Virus record (IMG/VR): IMGVR_UViG_3300035701_000001
Source of the DNA: a virus
Length of the DNA: 64,000 nucleotides
Direction: 5' to 3' (one strand)
Shown: piece after piece, positions 46,836 to 54,454 of the stretch
Layout: the number at the start of each line of letters is the position of its first letter
Position numbering within the stretch: the stretch's first letter is position 1
The notes under the pieces: generated by a model
The model's input: only the letters and a program-made list of their open reading frames with translations
Database searches by the model: none
Told to the model about the DNA's origin: nothing
Translations under genes and position numbers: made by a program

Positions 46836-46937
46836 TTTTTCCAAGGGATGAGGTCGGGTTCCTGTTTGGAACCTGCTAGAACAACGGAGGCGGGTGGTCG
46901 AATAGACCTGGGAATCCGACCTCATTCCTCTTCTTTT

Positions 46938-47018
46938 GCCCAGATGGCGAAAAGGCAGACGTAGAGGTCCTAAAAACCTTGTCCTTCGGGAGTGCGGGTT
47001 CGACTCCCGCTCTGGGCA
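46938..47018 (+). tRNA. tRNA-Leu(TAA), C33
   Basis: GAGGT-CCTAAAA-ACCTT; variable arm. Confidence 0.88.
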
Positions 47019-47100
47019 CTTTTCGGAGTTCTCGGATAATACCTGTCGGACGGCCTGAAAAACCGATCGATGCCCGTGGGGGCGGGGACTCCGTTTCTTG

Positions 47101-47188
47101 GGAGGCGTGACCGAGTGCTCGATGGCACCAGTCTTGAAAACTGGAGGTTCGCAAGGACCCGTGGGTTGGAATCCCACCGCCTCCTCCA
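47101..47188 (+). tRNA. tRNA-Ser(TGA)
   Basis: CCAGT-CTTGAAA-ACTGG; variable arm; CCA. Confidence 0.92.
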
Positions 47189-47194
47189 TCTTGT

Positions 47195-47282
47195 GGAAAC
47201 GTGACCGAGAGGCCGATGGTCCCCGCCTGCTAAGCGGGGTGTGTTAACCCACACGCGGGTTCGAATCCCGCCGTTTCCGCCA
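47195..47282 (+). tRNA. tRNA-Ser(GCT)
   Basis: CCCGC-CTGCTAA-GCGGG; CCA. Confidence 0.92.
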
Positions 47283-47287
47283 TCTTT

Positions 47288-47375
47288 GGAGCAGTGGCCA
47301 AGAGCCTCATGGCCCCCGTCTCGAAAGCGGGTGGTGCGAAAGCACACGCGGGTTGAAATCCCGCCTGCTCCGCCA
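47288..47375 (+). tRNA. tRNA-Ser(CGA)
   Basis: CCCGT-CTCGAAA-GCGGG; CCA. Confidence 0.92.
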
Positions 47376-47468
47376 GTTTGAGCGATTGTGACCGATCTTG
47401 TTGATGTTCCATTCGAGATAAACTAGGCTCTTTCCATCGGAAGTGTCGGGAAGATCGGGCAGTTACAA

Positions 47469-48326
47469 ATGGAGGATTTCACGGAATTGGTCGCAGAGAA
47501 AAAATCAGAGAGCCCTGGACAGAAGCTCATCACAGCAGGACGCCATTCCTGGGAAGAGATCGGGAAAGTCTGGGAAGTGATGGAGGAGGAGAATCAGGAG
47601 GCTGCTGTTCGGGAACTTCTTGGTCTCCTCAAGACGACAGAGGATCACGGGGTTCGTGACATCGCTGCGATGTTTTTCGGTGATTTGAAGGAACAGGATG
47701 CCGCTGTTATCCTGGCTGGACTTCTCACGGACCCTCGGACAAAGAACCATCGGGGTCGTCTCGTTGCTGCATTGGGAGACCTCGACTACCAGGAGTTCCT
47801 TCCTGTGATCGAGGGACTTGCGTCTCCGGATGAGAGTTTTGAGGTTCGGAGCATCGTCCAGTACCTGCTCCATCTTCCTTTGGTAAGCCCTCCAGTACAG
47901 GTCGAGGAAGTGGTGATGGCCCATGACCCTTTGAACGCGACCGAGGCCATCGCAATGGCCGTCCTGGCATTCCTTCCGAAGGCGGACGATGCCAGGTTGC
48001 GGGATACCATGGAGAGACATTTCTTCGAGCCCGCGCCGCGCAAGGTGATCGCCCGCCTGAACCCCCCAGAGGAACTACGGGAGGCCCTTGACCTCTGCGC
48101 AGAACTGGATGACGTGTGGGACCTCGGTACCGACGTGCAAAGGCAGAGTATTGAGGATATCCGCCGACTTCTTGTGGGCCTTATCGGGAAAGGCCCCTGC
48201 CACGAGATCACCCTTGACGATTGCGCGGTGTTCATCGAGGTCATCCGTCGCGAAGAAGAACACCATCCTCTCCCTGCCGAGGTCCAAGAACCGTTGCGGC
48301 GACGACTTGTCGGGGAGCCACGATGA
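47469..48326 (+). CDS. HEAT-repeat-like protein, possibly a two-domain fusion, inside a tRNA-3'-end duplication
   Basis: DHGVRDIAAMFFGDLKEQDAAVILAGLL...RGRLVAALGDL helical-repeat pattern. Confidence 0.7.
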   Translation: MEDFTELVAEKKSESPGQKLITAGRHSWEEIGKVWEVMEEENQEAAVRELLGLLKTTEDHGVRDIAAMFFGDLKEQDAAVILAGLLTDPRTKNHRGRLVAALGDLDYQEFLPVIEGLASPDESFEVRSIVQYLLHLPLVSPPVQVEEVVMAHDPLNATEAIAMAVLAFLPKADDARLRDTMERHFFEPAPRKVIARLNPPEELREALDLCAELDDVWDLGTDVQRQSIEDIRRLLVGLIGKGPCHEITLDDCAVFIEVIRREEEHHPLPAEVQEPLRRRLVGEPR

Positions 48327-48337
48327 CTTGCTGAATT

Positions 48338-48385
48338 CGGGTGGTGCGAAAGCACACGCAGGTCGAAATCCTGCCTGCTCCGCCA
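48338..48385 (+). repeat. 48-bp direct repeat of the tRNA-Ser(CGA) 3' half (att-like)
   Basis: Matches 47328-47375 with 3 substitutions, two of them a compensatory G-C to A-T pair. Confidence 0.9.
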
Positions 48386-48448
48386 GATTCTAATTTTTTC
48401 TTGACGACCACCTTTGAACCAGGTACATCATCCTTGTCTTACAGGAGT

Positions 48449-48587
48449 TCGTCTACCGTGTCTCCATTTGCCAAAACAAACGCCCAAACCGCAGCCATTC
48501 GGCCCGAAAGGTCCGGGTGCGTCGGTATGGTGCGCGAGCAGGCGAATCACCCGACGGTGAACCGGGGGCGCGGCATGCGGTAGACGA
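48449..48587 (+). ncRNA. candidate structured ncRNA (6S-like long hairpin with central bubble)
   Basis: 13-bp closing stem TCGTCTACCGTGT/ATGCGGTAGACGA; upstream TTGACG; downstream terminator. Confidence 0.5.
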
Positions 48588-48604
48588 TTTTCACCTACCC
48601 GACC

Positions 48605-48646
48605 GAGGCCCCCGGCAGAGCAATCTTCCGGGGGCTTCGTCGTTTT
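48605..48646 (+). terminator. intrinsic terminator-like hairpin
   Basis: GAGGCCCCCGG/CCGGGGGCTTC followed by a T-rich run. Confidence 0.7.
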
Positions 48647-48677
48647 CTGTTCTTTGATTTTTTGAACTTTTTGCTCC

Positions 48678-48753
48678 GGGGATGAAGCTGAATTGGAACA
48701 GCCCCGCGCTACGGACGCGGAGAATGCCCGTTCGATCCGGGTCATCCCCGCCA
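48678..48753 (+). tRNA. tRNA-Arg(ACG)
   Basis: CCGCG-CTACGGA-CGCGG; CCA. Confidence 0.92.
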
Positions 48754-48891
48754 TTTCGAAGCTCTTTTCCATCCTGAATACGAATGGTCTTGTACACGAT
48801 GTTCCTGACCGGAGAGGGTCGAGTCCATCGGCGGACGCAGGGAAACCGTGCACGTCGGTGGGTGCTCCCCTCTTCGGCAGGACATCCCTTG

Positions 48892-48965
48892 GTTCCCGTA
48901 GCGCAGATGCACAGCGCGCCGCGCTCCGGACGCGGAGGTCACCGGTTGGAATCCGGTCGGGAACG
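48892..48965 (+). tRNA. tRNA-Arg(CCG)
   Basis: CCGCG-CTCCGGA-CGCGG. Confidence 0.9.
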
Positions 48966-48973
48966 CCTTCTAT

Positions 48974-49050
48974 GGTAAGCGAAGTTCTATTGGTTGAACG
49001 CCGGGTTGTGGCCTCGGAGGGTGCGGGTTCGATCCCCGTCGCTTACCCCA
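48974..49050 (+). tRNA. tRNA-His(GTG)
   Basis: G-1, C73, CCA; CCGGG-TTGTGGC-CTCGG. Confidence 0.92.
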
Positions 49051-49166
49051 GTTCGGCAATGCGGACACGGTGTAAGCAGCCCCCGCGTTGCCGGGCTGTC
49101 CCAGCGGGACGTTTTTGAGGTCCTGTGAGTGCAGTCGCTTGCGACTGCCGGGACAGCCTGGTTTTC

Positions 49167-49243
49167 GGGGTGGTAGTTGAGTCGGTCACAACACCGGCCT
49201 GTCACGTCGGAGTTCGCGGGTTCGAGCCCCGTCCATCCCGCCA
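49167..49243 (+). tRNA. tRNA-Asp(GTC)
   Basis: CCGGC-CTGTCAC-GTCGG; G73, CCA. Confidence 0.93.
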
Positions 49244-49292
49244 TTTTGGAGGTCCACATGACCCGATTGAAACGTCGGTCGATCTACCCCGT

Positions 49293-49365
49293 GGGGCGGT
49301 AGGTCAACTGGCAGACAAACGGCCTTTTAAGCCGATAGTTCCGGGTTCGAGTCCCGGTCGCCCCA
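49293..49365 (+). tRNA. tRNA-Lys(TTT)
   Basis: CGGC-CTTTTAA-GCCG. Confidence 0.9.
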
Positions 49366-49373
49366 CTCCCTTT

Positions 49374-49450
49374 CCGAGCGTAGCGCAGCCTGGTAGCGCA
49401 CAAGCCTTGGGCGCTTGTGGTCAGAGGTTCAAATCCTCTCGCTCGGACCA
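49374..49450 (+). tRNA. tRNA-Pro(TGG)
   Basis: CAAGC-CTTGGGC-GCTTG; C1-G72; CCA. Confidence 0.92.
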
Positions 49451-49586
49451 TTTCTTTTCCGCCTCGCAGCGGAACCTGCCGTCGGGGGCGGGACCGGGTT
49501 TCCACGGGACAGCAACCTGTGAAACGCGGATAGGGAAACCCCGGTACACTCCTTTCCGATGGGCGAGGGAAGGAGCCCGATTCTTC

Positions 49587-49659
49587 GTTCCCATCGTCTA
49601 GTGGTCCAGGATGGCGGACTCTCGATCCGTCGACACCGGTTCGAATCCGGTTGGGAATG
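49587..49659 (+). tRNA. tRNA-Glu(CTC)
   Basis: GCGGA-CTCTCGA-TCCGT. Confidence 0.92.
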
Positions 49660-49748
49660 CCTTTTCAGATGGACACACGATGTGTCCAATGGTACGTCTT
49701 CTCCGAGGTCAATCCATGAACTCCAGGTCTCGTTCAAAGCAGGAAGCG

Positions 49749-50207
49749 ATGGACAACCGATACCCTCTCTGGGTCGACTCCAGTGAACGGTTCAACCTGC
49801 GGGAGGTCGCCCCCAACCTTTACGTGGGCTCCCAGTGGTCGTTGGAGTGCAGGGATTGGCGGGCGGTCGTGGATCTCACGGGAAGCAGCCGCAGCGATCC
49901 CACTGCATATGGACGTTGCGACCGGCTCCTGCGCTGGACCCTGCATGACGGGGATCCCTTCCCGGAGGGATCCCTCACGGCCATCGAGGGATTCTGCCGG
50001 GACCGGAGTGGTCCGATCCTTCTGCACTGCGCGGCGGGTCTCTCCCGGTCCGCCTCCGCTGCCTACGGAATCCTGAGGACCCACCACCGGCTGCCTCCGA
50101 GGGAAGCCCTCCGCAGGATTCGGGTCCTGCCTCAGTTTCCCGTGAAGGAGACCTTGCTTTCTGTGGAACAGTGGGTCCGTCGCTGGAAATATCGGAATTC
50201 CAGGTAG
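49749..50207 (+). CDS. dual-specificity / PTP-like phosphatase
   Basis: EVAPNLYVGS, ILLHCAAGLSRSAS (HCxxGxxR). Confidence 0.9.
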   Translation: MDNRYPLWVDSSERFNLREVAPNLYVGSQWSLECRDWRAVVDLTGSSRSDPTAYGRCDRLLRWTLHDGDPFPEGSLTAIEGFCRDRSGPILLHCAAGLSRSASAAYGILRTHHRLPPREALRRIRVLPQFPVKETLLSVEQWVRRWKYRNSR

Positions 50208-50279
50208 AGTGGAGACGGGAGATGGTCCTGTGACGTTCTTCCCTTCTGCGGATAGAAGAGAAGAAAGAGAAGATATTCC

Positions 50280-50768
50280 ATGCATTCCCTGGTCTGGCTC
50301 GGTGCACTCGTTCTCGGTGGCTCGGCTCTGGCCTCGCGCGAGTCGAAGCCATCGGGTCCTGAGCAAGATCCCCGTTTTCAGCCGGTGGGTCCAGGGAGAG
50401 ATCCCGAGACATTCGGGGGGCAGGAAGAAGCGGTCCGTCTGGCGGATGCACTCGTAGCCCTCTGTGATTACGCCGAGGAAAACTGGGAGGAACTCGGGAT
50501 TCACAGAGTCCGGGTTCCTGAGGACCAGGGGGGTACCCTGGAAGGGATCCTCATTGAGCACTCCGTGCATGGAGCCGAATTCGTGATCCTCTCCCAGGCA
50601 CTCGAACTGGCAGAGCAGTACGAGGTCCGAGCCGTCCACGTCCTCTCGGACAAGGGGATCTTCATCGGATTCACTCCGCTGTTCTCCACGTCGTTCGAGC
50701 CCATCGACCCCGCATTCGTTAACCAGGGATTGCTGTGGAGGTCATACGGCAATCCCCTGTGGAAATGA
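50280..50768 (+). CDS. membrane-anchored paralog family member 1
   Basis: MHSLVWLGALVLGG anchor; LAEQYEVRA...KGIFIGFT domain. Confidence 0.8.
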   Translation: MHSLVWLGALVLGGSALASRESKPSGPEQDPRFQPVGPGRDPETFGGQEEAVRLADALVALCDYAEENWEELGIHRVRVPEDQGGTLEGILIEHSVHGAEFVILSQALELAEQYEVRAVHVLSDKGIFIGFTPLFSTSFEPIDPAFVNQGLLWRSYGNPLWK

Positions 50769-50814
50769 CGGGGTAGGGATTTATGGATAGGAAAGGGGAA
50801 AGAGAGGACATTCC

Positions 50815-51513
50815 ATGGCACACAAGACCGACTTCACTCCCCTGTACTGGCTTGGCGCGGCGTTGGTCGGCGCGTGGGCATTGTCTTCTGGAGGTTCGAA
50901 GGAAGAAAGGAGACTGGAAGGTCACCGGGGAAGGGCACAGGAACCCTACAGGACTGAAGAGCCACCACGGGAACCCGTCTCGCAGATGCAGACGAGAATC
51001 CCCGGAGGATCGGAAAGGGTCGAATCCGAGGTCCAGAGGAGAAAACCTGTCTCTTCCACAATGGGTCCCCAGAGAGCCAGTGTGGAAGAACAGGCCAGAC
51101 AAGCGGCAAAGGAAATGATCCCTGCCCAGGGGGAGGTCCAGTCTGTGGATCCGGGGGATGAGACGACTCTGATCTACCGGTATCCATCGGAGGATTGGCT
51201 CGGGACGCCCACAAAGACCCCCTGGGGGATTGCACGGTCTGCCCAGATGTTTGGAATCACAGGGTACATCTTCCCCGATGCGGCGGGTCGATACCCGATG
51301 TACGCCGCACAGGTCGAAGAAGGGATTTTCTATCCCTACTACTTGGTCTCCAAAGGAAAAGTGATTCCTGCGAAGTCCACCTTTGAGATCCTGTCCCTCG
51401 ATCCCTCCAAGGCCGAAGGCAAGGTCTACCTTTTCTCTCCGGACAATCCGAAGGACGTTCCCGGAAGAAAAGCTGTTCTGCAGGGAGGTCGGGTGAAAAT
51501 GGAGCAGGAGTGA
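50815..51513 (+). CDS. membrane-anchored paralog family member 2
   Basis: LYWLGAALVGAWALS anchor; TPWGIA...FPDAAGRYP. Confidence 0.8.
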   Translation: MAHKTDFTPLYWLGAALVGAWALSSGGSKEERRLEGHRGRAQEPYRTEEPPREPVSQMQTRIPGGSERVESEVQRRKPVSSTMGPQRASVEEQARQAAKEMIPAQGEVQSVDPGDETTLIYRYPSEDWLGTPTKTPWGIARSAQMFGITGYIFPDAAGRYPMYAAQVEEGIFYPYYLVSKGKVIPAKSTFEILSLDPSKAEGKVYLFSPDNPKDVPGRKAVLQGGRVKMEQE

Positions 51514-51576
51514 GCTTGTTCCAGGAATGACATTGGGATGTGCTGCGGATAAGAAGGGGAAAAGAGAGGTCGTGTC

Positions 51577-52671
51577 ATGAATTCCCTGTACTGGCTCGGC
51601 GCGGCATTGCTCGGGGGTTGGCTGGCCTCGGGCTACGGAGAGAAGACGGAGGCGACTCCCTCTCGTCCGGCTCCGATCCCTCCCCGTCGGAATGGGACCG
51701 GACATGGGGATCAAGGTCAGGAGAGATACCCCGAGGAACCGGTCCAGGAACGCGAAGGGGCCGAATCAGGTCTTTTCGAGCAGGAAGAGCAGTTCGGACG
51801 CAAAAAGCCACAGCCATCGAAACACGAAGTTCGTACCGGGACTCCTCCTGCCAAGCCCAAGAAGAAGCCCGCTGCCATTGCCCAGAGCGATGCACTCGGA
51901 CTTGACCTCAACCCCATCTCCCGCCTGGCAACTTTCTCGAATTGTGAGGCCGAGAAGGTGGCAGCGCAGGAAGCCATCCGTCCTTTCTCGGAGCCGGTCC
52001 CGAAGACGCCCAGGACATCCCTGGTTGCTCCCCCTCCTCCGCCCCTCGACTTCGACGAAGAACTGGATCTCCTCGAAGAGGGAATCGAGTCCGAATTCTT
52101 CGAGGGTGTTCCGGAAGGAAAAGGACCCGTTTCTGCCAAGGCAAAGAAGTCAGCCCGGATCGAAACCCAGAACCGGGCAGTCCAGCGTGGGAAAGAAAAC
52201 GTCATCTCGGAGTTTTCCCTCGAAGGATCCTCAGAAGGCCCCGAGGAAGACGAAGAGGAAGACTGGCTCGACTGGGCCGAGGCCGAGTTTTCAGAAGAGG
52301 CGATGACCCAGTGGCAGGAATTCGGCCGCAAGCCCAAGGGATCTATGGCGGGACCCGGCAGCGAGTTCGAGGATCTGGAGTCTGCCGACCCCTACGCGAA
52401 CCTCGGCAACATCTACAGCACACCTGCAGGACCCGTACGGCATCGTCAGATCGACACGCCGGACGGCCCCCGCAACCTCTACACGTTCCCCGATGCTCAG
52501 GGCCAGTACCCGACCGTCTTCGATACACCGGACGGTCCCCGCTACGTCTATCCGGGGACTCTGCCGGGACAGACCGTCGAGGCTGTGACGGAACGGCGGG
52601 GGGATTCGTACTTCCACATGTCTCCGCAGCGGCTTGTCGATCTGGATTCACTTGGGCTTTCGGTCGAATGA
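51577..52671 (+). CDS. membrane-anchored paralog family member 3
   Basis: LYWLGAALLGGW anchor; acidic linker; DTPDGPR twice; FPDAQGQYP. Confidence 0.8.
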   Translation: MNSLYWLGAALLGGWLASGYGEKTEATPSRPAPIPPRRNGTGHGDQGQERYPEEPVQEREGAESGLFEQEEQFGRKKPQPSKHEVRTGTPPAKPKKKPAAIAQSDALGLDLNPISRLATFSNCEAEKVAAQEAIRPFSEPVPKTPRTSLVAPPPPPLDFDEELDLLEEGIESEFFEGVPEGKGPVSAKAKKSARIETQNRAVQRGKENVISEFSLEGSSEGPEEDEEEDWLDWAEAEFSEEAMTQWQEFGRKPKGSMAGPGSEFEDLESADPYANLGNIYSTPAGPVRHRQIDTPDGPRNLYTFPDAQGQYPTVFDTPDGPRYVYPGTLPGQTVEAVTERRGDSYFHMSPQRLVDLDSLGLSVE

Positions 52672-52746
52672 CCCCCTTGTTTTTTGCCACTTCTTCCTTC
52701 AACTCATCTTGTTCTTCGGGATATAGAAGAGCAGGAGGATGTCTTC

Positions 52747-53721
52747 ATGCACCCTGTGATCTGGATCGGCAGCCTCGTCCTCGGGGCCTGGGCTCTCTCG
52801 GGAACCTCGAAGAGAAAGGAACCTCCTGTCGCAGGTTCTCCCGAACCTTCTCGCTCCGTAGGGTTCCTGGGTCGTCCTCGCTATGGAGCTACGGAAATCC
52901 GGCAGGTTTCCCCAGATGAACTTGGGCTTCTTGTTGAAGTACCCTGGGGAATAGTAGCGAAAGCACGGCAACAAACGCTGAAAGATGGCTGGACTCACAC
53001 GTTTTTTCCTGACGCACGTGGAAAATTTCCCATCTGGGCAATCGGCCAGCACTACTACTACTTGCCTCCAGGCGACCCGTGGACAGATCAGTGGGCAATG
53101 TCCTCGACGTACGCCGATCCGTTCGATCCTCCGACAAGGAAGAGGATTTTCACCGTTCCTTCCAAAGATCCTCAGTACTTCGACCTGGTCGATAGAATGA
53201 CTGAAATCAATCTGGACGAAGCCTATGCAGGGCGGAAGTCACGTTCGGACCGTTTCGGGGCAGTGACGGAGGAGGACCGCCTGGCTGTAGCCATCCGGGA
53301 ATTCAGGCGCGCAGCCGAGGAGTTCAAACCGCACTATGACAGGGGGGACTCCGTCCTGAATGCGAAGACCTCGGACAGCAAGGGTAGGCCCCTTGTTGGC
53401 GTTCTCACCCCTGTGGGGGACTGGGAATACGGGAAACCCATCAACTACGGCGTGGACTATCTCCATGGAGAGGCCTGTCGCATCGCGGAGAAGTACCGGG
53501 TGAGGGCAGCGATGTCTCCGGTGGTGTCCGTTGGGGAGAACCAAGGGGTCGTCATCGGACTCACGTCGGCTTGGAACCCAGCATTCCAGACTCTCTTCCG
53601 TGGACAGAATCCAGAGCTTCAATGGGGGAGAGCCAGTCTGAAGGGACTCCAGTACCAGACAGGCATCTTGCCACGTCCTGGTTCGGGGGACTCGTACGGG
53701 AAGAAGGCCTCCGAGATCTAA
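52747..53721 (+). CDS. membrane-anchored paralog family member 4
   Basis: VIWIGSLVLGAWALS anchor; VPWGIV...FPDARGKFP; IAEKYRVRA...QGVVIGLT; GGAGG RBS. Confidence 0.8.
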   Translation: MHPVIWIGSLVLGAWALSGTSKRKEPPVAGSPEPSRSVGFLGRPRYGATEIRQVSPDELGLLVEVPWGIVAKARQQTLKDGWTHTFFPDARGKFPIWAIGQHYYYLPPGDPWTDQWAMSSTYADPFDPPTRKRIFTVPSKDPQYFDLVDRMTEINLDEAYAGRKSRSDRFGAVTEEDRLAVAIREFRRAAEEFKPHYDRGDSVLNAKTSDSKGRPLVGVLTPVGDWEYGKPINYGVDYLHGEACRIAEKYRVRAAMSPVVSVGENQGVVIGLTSAWNPAFQTLFRGQNPELQWGRASLKGLQYQTGILPRPGSGDSYGKKASEI

Positions 53722-53785
53722 CGCAATCGAATAGCGCACCAGATTGGGGATCTGGTGAGTGATCGTTCCAATCAGGTGGTCCCGA
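53712..53785 (+). pseudogene. degenerate tRNA-Pro(GGG)
   Basis: CCAGA-TTGGGGA-TCTGG is intact; acceptor 6/7 paired; T-stem broken; overlaps the stop of the upstream ORF. Confidence 0.6.
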
Positions 53786-53794
53786 CTTGTTCAT

Positions 53795-53871
53795 GGGGTT
53801 GTAGCTCAGTTCGGGAGAGCGCGGCGTCCGCAACGCCGAGGCCGGGGGTTCGACTCCCCTCGACTCCACCA
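53795..53871 (+). tRNA. tRNA-Ala(CGC), C33
   Basis: G3-U70; CGGCG-TCCGCAA-CGCCG; CCA. Confidence 0.9.
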
Positions 53872-53876
53872 TTCAT

Positions 53877-53949
53877 GGGCCTGTAGTTCATCTGGGAGAA
53901 CACCTCGGTGGCATCGAGGAGGCAGTCGGTTCGAGTCCGATCAGGTCCA
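53877..53949 (+). tRNA. tRNA-Ala(GGC)
   Basis: G3-U70; CCTCG-GTGGCAT-CGAGG. Confidence 0.9.
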
Positions 53950-53958
53950 CTATTTCAC

Positions 53959-54035
53959 GGGGTTGTAGCTCAATGGTTTAGAGCAATCGGCCGTTAACCG
54001 ATAGGCTGTCCGTTCGAGTCGGACCTTCCCCGCCA
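53959..54035 (+). tRNA. tRNA-Asn(GTT), C33
   Basis: ATCGG-CCGTTAA-CCGAT; G73, CCA; two acceptor mismatches. Confidence 0.85.
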
Positions 54036-54040
54036 TCTTT

Positions 54041-54128
54041 GGGACGGTAGCTCAGTTGGGTAGAGCGCGGTTCTGATAAGACCGAGGCCGAGAGGATTTC
54101 GTGGGTTCGAGCCCCGCCCGTCCCACCA
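54041..54128 (+). tRNA. tRNA-Ile(GAT) with expanded (16-nt) variable region
   Basis: CGGTT-CTGATAA-GACCG; variable region AGGCCGAGAGGATTTC; CCA. Confidence 0.85.
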
Positions 54129-54129
54129 T

Positions 54130-54206
54130 TGTCCCCTAGTTCAATTGGCAGAACGCTCGGCTCTGGACCGAGAGGTTTCAAGGTTCGAACCCTTGGGGGA
54201 CAACCA
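54130..54206 (+). tRNA. tRNA-Gln(CTG)
   Basis: U1-A72; CTCGG-CTCTGGA-CCGAG; CCA. Confidence 0.92.
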
Positions 54207-54212
54207 TCTCGT

Positions 54213-54285
54213 GTCGGTGTAGCCCAAAGGCTGGGCACGACGCTGCAAACGTCGAAGAATGCCGGTTCGAATCCGGCCGCCGACT
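54213..54285 (+). tRNA. tRNA-Cys(GCA)
   Basis: CGACG-CTGCAAA-CGTCG; U73. Confidence 0.92.
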
Positions 54286-54292
54286 CCCTCTT

Positions 54293-54368
54293 CGGGGTGT
54301 AGCTCAGTTGGAGGAGCGCCTGGTTCGGGACCAGGAGGTTTTCGCCGGTTCGAGCCCGGCCACCCCGA
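54293..54368 (+). tRNA. tRNA-Pro(CGG)
   Basis: CCTGG-TTCGGGA-CCAGG; 8-nt variable loop. Confidence 0.9.
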
Positions 54369-54454
54369 CTCCTTCGTGTTACAACAAGGATACCGGCAGG
54401 CCGTGAGCCGGGACAACCGCACGGTACCTTCACCTCGATGTCAGGGAGAACGAC

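Noticed and set aside
48787-48883. SRP (4.5S) RNA
   Set aside because: It lacks the helix-8 CAGG...GGAA...AGCAG symmetric-loop motif.
49110-49135. Hammerhead ribozyme at the three-way junction
   Set aside because: CTGTGAG lacks the CUGANGA core and there is no GAAA strand.
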